Below, piece after piece: positions 28,701 through 31,305 of a stretch of DNA of 31,305 bases. Positions within the stretch are counted from its first letter, which is position 1. Every line of letters begins with the position of its first letter. The notes beneath the pieces were generated by a model, which was given only the letters and a program-made list of their open reading frames with translations, was not told the origin of the DNA and did no database searches. Location: assembly GCA_018985225.1 (NCBI GenBank), contig JADGIF010000036.1, forward strand, positions 1-31,305. Direction: 5' to 3'. A program made the position numbers and the translations under genes. This DNA is from Amoeboradix gromovi X-113 (Eukaryota; Fungi; Sanchytriomycota).

Positions 28701-31305
28701 AAAGATCGCTAACATCGGTTTCTTGTTGACAATTAATGGTATGGAGTGTATTATTATTGTACTCGGATAAAATGGATACTAACAAGGATTTACCCAAACC
28801 TGGTTCACTTATTAACAAAACAGGCTCCTTATTTAGTACACATGCATTGATAAGATTGAAGGACTTCACAAAAAACGGATTCCACGCATATTGCGGAAAT
28901 TGTTTCATCAACAACGAAGTGTTACATAACAAGGACTGATCATAATCATTGATGGTGAATTTAAATTGAAAGCATTGCTTAAATAAGTTAAACAACTTCG
29001 ATTTAGATTGCTCAGTTCTACATTTTTCCAACAGCAGCTGCAATCCATTCATTACAAACTCATCAAAGGTTGTGGCTTTTCTTTTACACCATTTGAACAA
29101 ATCTCTTAGTGTCAGTTGACCATAACTGCTGTAGAACATTGTTAATTTCTTAATCCAGCTTGATGGAATAGAGTGTGTACCTTGAAGTAACAAAACCAAA
29201 TCATCATTGTCAAATTGACCAACAAATATCTCAATAAATCTGTTTCTGAATGCATTGCTTAGTTGCTTTCGGCCTCCATACAAATGAGCAGGATTTTGAG
29301 TAGCAAATAATCTGAAATTAGGATGAGGAATAACTGTCTCATTAGTTTGTGGAATAACTAGCTGCTTGTTATCATCTAGAAGTCTATTAAGACTCTCTAA
29401 TATCTCACTAGGTGCTAAATTCAACTCGTCTAGCAATACCCAGTAACCATTTTTCATTGCCTCCACTAATGGCCCATATTTAAAGACAAAGTCGTTATCC
29501 ACTAGTGTATAGTTGCCCACGTATTCTATTAAATCTGTATGCTCGTGGTTATTAATTCTAATTAGTCTGTTATTGGTAACATGTGCTATGTACTTTATTA
29601 ATGTAGTTTTGCCACTACTAGTAACACCTTCTAATAAAACAGGGATGTCAGAGGTTATTCCTTTCATTATAACAACCAGGTGTTCATTTAGTGTCTTGGT
29701 GCTTGTAAATGGGTATGCCGAAGGATTCAGAGACAATTGCAACTTTTCACAGAATGTTTGGAACTTATATTTAGGTAATGGCTTCTTGAATAACAGCAGC
29801 TGAGCATCGTTTATTAGCGATTGGCACTTTACCTTGGATTCCCTATTCAAACTTACCGTGAATGCCATATCGAACCCATACAATAAAGATGCATCAATTC
29901 CCCATCCAAGAGATAACAAATGATTTGTTAGGTTCAAAGCTCTTTTTAAACTGCGTATGCTGAATATAGGTCGCAAATCGTTACCGTTTAACCAAATTGT
30001 ATTTGCTTCGGTAATTATTGTGTGAAATAGCTTACTGACTGTATCTATTAGCAGATCTAAACGAACATGCACAATGTGATTCAGCAACTCTTTACACAAG
30101 ATAGCAATCGAATGTGTGTCGTGTGGATCCATTACGCTAACATGAATAAAAAGATCGCTTAGCTGATTTGGTAACTCTTTCTTCCCAAAATCAGTAGCAG
30201 GATTCATAGCCGCCAGTATTCTAAAATTATCATGTTTACGAATAACAGGATATTCTGGCAACTTGATAAGCGGTGATTGAATAACATCGCTAATACTTGA
30301 CAATACCTGAGAATTTGCTAAATTGATTTCATCAAGAAACAGTACATGGCCATTTTGATATGCCGTCAATAACGGACCAATCTGAAAAGTCATAGCAATC
30401 TGAGATTTTAAACAATCCTTCAACTGATTTATGATCGACAATGGATCCAATTTGGATTTGAACCTCTTGTTGCTATGCAATTGAGTAGACAGCATATCAA
30501 TGATCTTGTTGATTAGGGCTAGATAACCATCTGGATTGCCATCACAAGCCTGTTTATAAAAACAATGCTCTAATAGACTAGTGTCGCCACTTAAAAAGTT
30601 AAGAATATGATGCATTTTGTGGATGTTACCTACATGCTTACTTGGTTTCCAGCTACCAATAATATCCTGTCTTTCAGTAGACGGAGAAAAGTTCAATATA
30701 GTCATATTTACACCTAAAATACGAGCAATTTCAGAGACTGTTGCTGTTTTACCTATTCCTGTGCCACCTATCAGTAGCAACGGTTGATTGTGGAACAGAG
30801 CAGCGATTGAATCAGAGGCTAAATTAGAACTACTAGGAATCCACGCAAGATTGTAGGTGTCTACGGTGTTAACACTACGCTTTATTGAATAATGCTCAAT
30901 CTTTAGTTCATCGCGAGTGATAACTGGAGGAGTTATAGCATTAGCATGTAACTGAGAAGAATTTACAAGAAAATGCTTAGACAAAATGCCAATAGTGTTG
31001 GGCAAGCGGGTGGTTAATCTCAAACCAATTTTAGCCATCTGAATTCTGTCAGACTCCAATTTCCAATTTACGCAGTTGACATCCACAATGCGCTGTAGCC
31101 ATGCATCTAGTATCTGTTTGTTAATATTTAGTTCCAAGTAGCAGTCATAAATGTATCTCAAACCTTGCACTTTGTATTTGTGGCTAAAGATTACAATCCA
31201 CTCTTCATCAGGGATTTGGTGTAAATTAACAGTGTGCCAGGCATGCGACTTGGGCTCTTTGTCAATAGTTCCAATAACACGGTAATTAGGATGCGAGTAT
31301 ATAGA
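22747..31305 (-). CDS. MDN1: Midasin/Rea1 AAA+ ATPase (5' partial; frame open to the window edge)
   Basis: Tandem AAA domains (GGTGIGKT/LDEINLA, GVTSSGKT/LDELNLAP, SEPGLGKS/IDEINLA, GTVGIGKS/LDELNLA), D/E-rich region and C-terminal MIDAS/VWA (DNSSSM, IISDG). The 45 codons upstream of 31170 are also open (HPNYRVIGT). Confidence 0.93.
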   Translation of the reverse strand, partial: SIYSHPNYRVIGTIDKEPKSHAWHTVNLHQIPDEEWIVIFSHKYKVQGLRYIYDCYLELNINKQILDAWLQRIVDVNCVNWKLESDRIQMAKIGLRLTTRLPNTIGILSKHFLVNSSQLHANAITPPVITRDELKIEHYSIKRSVNTVDTYNLAWIPSSSNLASDSIAALFHNQPLLLIGGTGIGKTATVSEIARILGVNMTILNFSPSTERQDIIGSWKPSKHVGNIHKMHHILNFLSGDTSLLEHCFYKQACDGNPDGYLALINKIIDMLSTQLHSNKRFKSKLDPLSIINQLKDCLKSQIAMTFQIGPLLTAYQNGHVLFLDEINLANSQVLSSISDVIQSPLIKLPEYPVIRKHDNFRILAAMNPATDFGKKELPNQLSDLFIHVSVMDPHDTHSIAILCKELLNHIVHVRLDLLIDTVSKLFHTIITEANTIWLNGNDLRPIFSIRSLKRALNLTNHLLSLGWGIDASLLYGFDMAFTVSLNRESKVKCQSLINDAQLLLFKKPLPKYKFQTFCEKLQLSLNPSAYPFTSTKTLNEHLVVIMKGITSDIPVLLEGVTSSGKTTLIKYIAHVTNNRLIRINNHEHTDLIEYVGNYTLVDNDFVFKYGPLVEAMKNGYWVLLDELNLAPSEILESLNRLLDDNKQLVIPQTNETVIPHPNFRLFATQNPAHLYGGRKQLSNAFRNRFIEIFVGQFDNDDLVLLLQGTHSIPSSWIKKLTMFYSSYGQLTLRDLFKWCKRKATTFDEFVMNGLQLLLEKCRTEQSKSKLFNLFKQCFQFKFTINDYDQSLLCNTSLLMKQFPQYAWNPFFVKSFNLINACVLNKEPVLLISEPGLGKSLLVSILSEYNNNTLHTINCQQETDVSDLLGCYMPVYTDDGGTKMDFKYVNGPVPTAMINGQYLLIDEINLADDAVLERLNSVLEQDGYLLLSDNLQDNSAIKCSSGFNCFATMNPNTDIAKRELSSALRNRFTEIFIHYRLSLDDLIDYSYVYLKSLNINLSEDHVSKACSFYHDIQSKHVSGTFTVRNLQYSLLLINEFGLIPLVYTVSYGLSDSDLLMFDKESNILKVGFKSFDLSPYTGWIKSPSSLFNLQLLLIATSINNPIIIQGTVGIGKSTLVEYCAAINNIKCTKITMSHDLDLCDLFGKYHLIDSKLEFVNGPLLDAVIHGYYVILDELNLANQSVLEGLNSLLDFRRTVVVNSVTYKCHQKFKLIATMNPTCLLDGRKQLPRSFLGRFLLINFKPYNLQDLLIISDSLQIDSSVVHCFNDLNAASDLQLIKVVTPYKQWNIRDLFKYKQLMSAAKHTSKYSAIYALTVDRVDSKNLDAVVDIIGKYFSSVDTPHTRNLSSVINAHSGTTNMLILSNSLKSFYALKKYNIYNCSYFTDVDDLISCTSLVNNSLVYGYSNFIKDIQLPGHSILLSINQCNNSVFDFVNQLFDSDSIYVNNSIIKKHSDHMITLISHDHSYSKALNNRCLIVDCTSTNISGALFVDSDLLLFILLHYRWSNLLKHITMAAKNNNLSLIALISPLYSSISDYPLDTMNYIYKNYITLPAPVKLDLVDYYKSYMRYNQCLRCSNAHDALFNNLVLCLFYTSSSIDFNGHLVSQITHYYNTLHFGTFNNYMDARAMLQRFLDAVNSTAAPETSRDCDTAEIKDDEAAVFKMYSEVDPATVINNYIRFKSTINLFISDFPSILKDARTLLDSNFNFDILFKLLDSLSSISNNILFDSVNVPVFDLFYFNKMQITSKDIKIEYIKQVVLDRPDIAALFLKDILPVVPATRASTEIEELEALAVDTSCSHAFKLLQLEDGLDVTKTDDDMDNVDRSTIPFNLNPSLAINLVLLSLLKNSKYPKVHALLNRMMYNTHQSHFNALIANCVDGSITAATVTSIVNKLAISTPSDPIYQLDLVPLQLLSEIMSVVSELINTCNSLLNNVTDQSTLLYIVQLMNEFVNTPIHKLTMHNTSRLLMQTTTELELMKTTSNRNTVLATACSTLAGYITSIRKLQLSYITNTLILIELKVITAYNNEYVNMIINNNLDAKHYIQYILRLQLPLFILPIIARILHEHGTSTSIFFKTFYNWIHSNYSSSTLVNNMTSKLNDIATINAYKHKNTLYIKDVNDRLQVQVNKVGVEYYNKLASNTVDVTKIELQRLNEREHDLTEQEMEMLSWFPINSKITSLMRSCKYFKNVKSEYCMYSYISAQTIQTGDRAELRCVLFIHYLQFKVYYKQQHYMGDLKKIGQCIMGIYHYLMRTSTTMAFTRLAMNQLLTFVEYLKKQQEQQEQEQEQEQGQQQDSNGLIDATNDVTEQEDLDDVNGDIKDSNNNNNDNDDIVDYMDDVSDLEEIDTDIDTDVGEEMDDVKDDNERLNDDIRDDQDQKEDQLSECSEKEQVDAEDVEMDFQEPQKDVEMGEQLNDKTDEQDMHSQHSELSEHSGLSEHSALSENSAKDVEDAEQVEEVEELEDFDEVEEQPIENEIDDQKIENEIDEPVQVETTKTLEDEIVMDAQNEAESGNADSKAIEDYKNDNPVEMELKNIEDSNPNDGNDDANDDANDINDNMNDEMITGNSLDCSAVNSSKIDNSTVYNSITTSIPSLNTPITELMRIAIECNQESMLLSRELEHILEYKSKSRLVGDYSSGKRINIRRIMNFMQGNPKIWKRRVKQNKEQCHVMLSIDNSSSMQQVYKQAIYSVMMLCQSIMNHGQLGQVKINLFDTACTTLMDWKGQCELSVLCHFIEKIEFNGEQTDVCKMLSSVEFGKIENKLHIIISDGIYNEHSKIKRLLVEQQEQGVKTLLLIMDRNEFIEELTTATQVQGKIELKKYLDLMAFKYEIVKEVKELPGIIAKALKAYME
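23846..23890. repeat. 27-bp-period coding duplication in the midasin acidic region
   Basis: tctatttcattctcgatt at 23846-23863 and 23873-23890 (IENEID twice). Confidence 0.8.
23966..24029. repeat. 18-bp coding minisatellite (about 3.5 units) in the midasin acidic region
   Basis: gcggagttctctgaaagt gcggagtgctctgaaagt ccagaatgttctgaaagt tcagaatgtt, encoding HSELSE-HSGLSE-HSALSE-NSA. Confidence 0.85.

Noticed and set aside
3356-29803. Numerous short antisense or overlapping ORFs (e.g. 3356-3604, 9817-10110, 18952-19269, 23426-23740, 29513-29803)
   Set aside because: Shadow ORFs of long conserved genes with no independent motifs.

Overview
Compact, AT-rich eukaryotic (fungus-like/holomycotan) genomic window using the standard genetic code, with very short spliceosomal introns (19, 19 and 21 nt). 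Host genes: FAAH-like amidase, ER Hsp90 (GRP94, ending KEEL), CAP59/GT69 mannosyltransferase, MOB1, a divergent multi-TM protein (possibly ERD2-like), a reduced ASCC3/Slh1 helicase, an MFS sugar porter, a BED-finger protein, PGK head-to-head with a Rictor/Avo3-like gene, and a shortened midasin that runs off the right edge. The main discovery is three dispersed copies (1942-2495 +, 8890-9452 -, 14364-14925 -) of a roughly 560-bp non-autonomous IS607-like Fanzor2 element. Each copy has a conserved left end, an IS607 TnpA (MerR-type HTH) N-terminal remnant, a Fanzor/TnpB C-terminal remnant, and a structured right end (putative omegaRNA scaffold with a predicted pseudoknot). The right end stops sharply at GAGGAG and is followed by a different flank in each copy (putative guide). 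All three left junctions read TRCAG, which predicts a TAM and an AG core dinucleotide. A second family, a Tc1/mariner-type MITE in two inverted copies, brackets the PGK-Rictor pair. All alignments and folds were done by eye.
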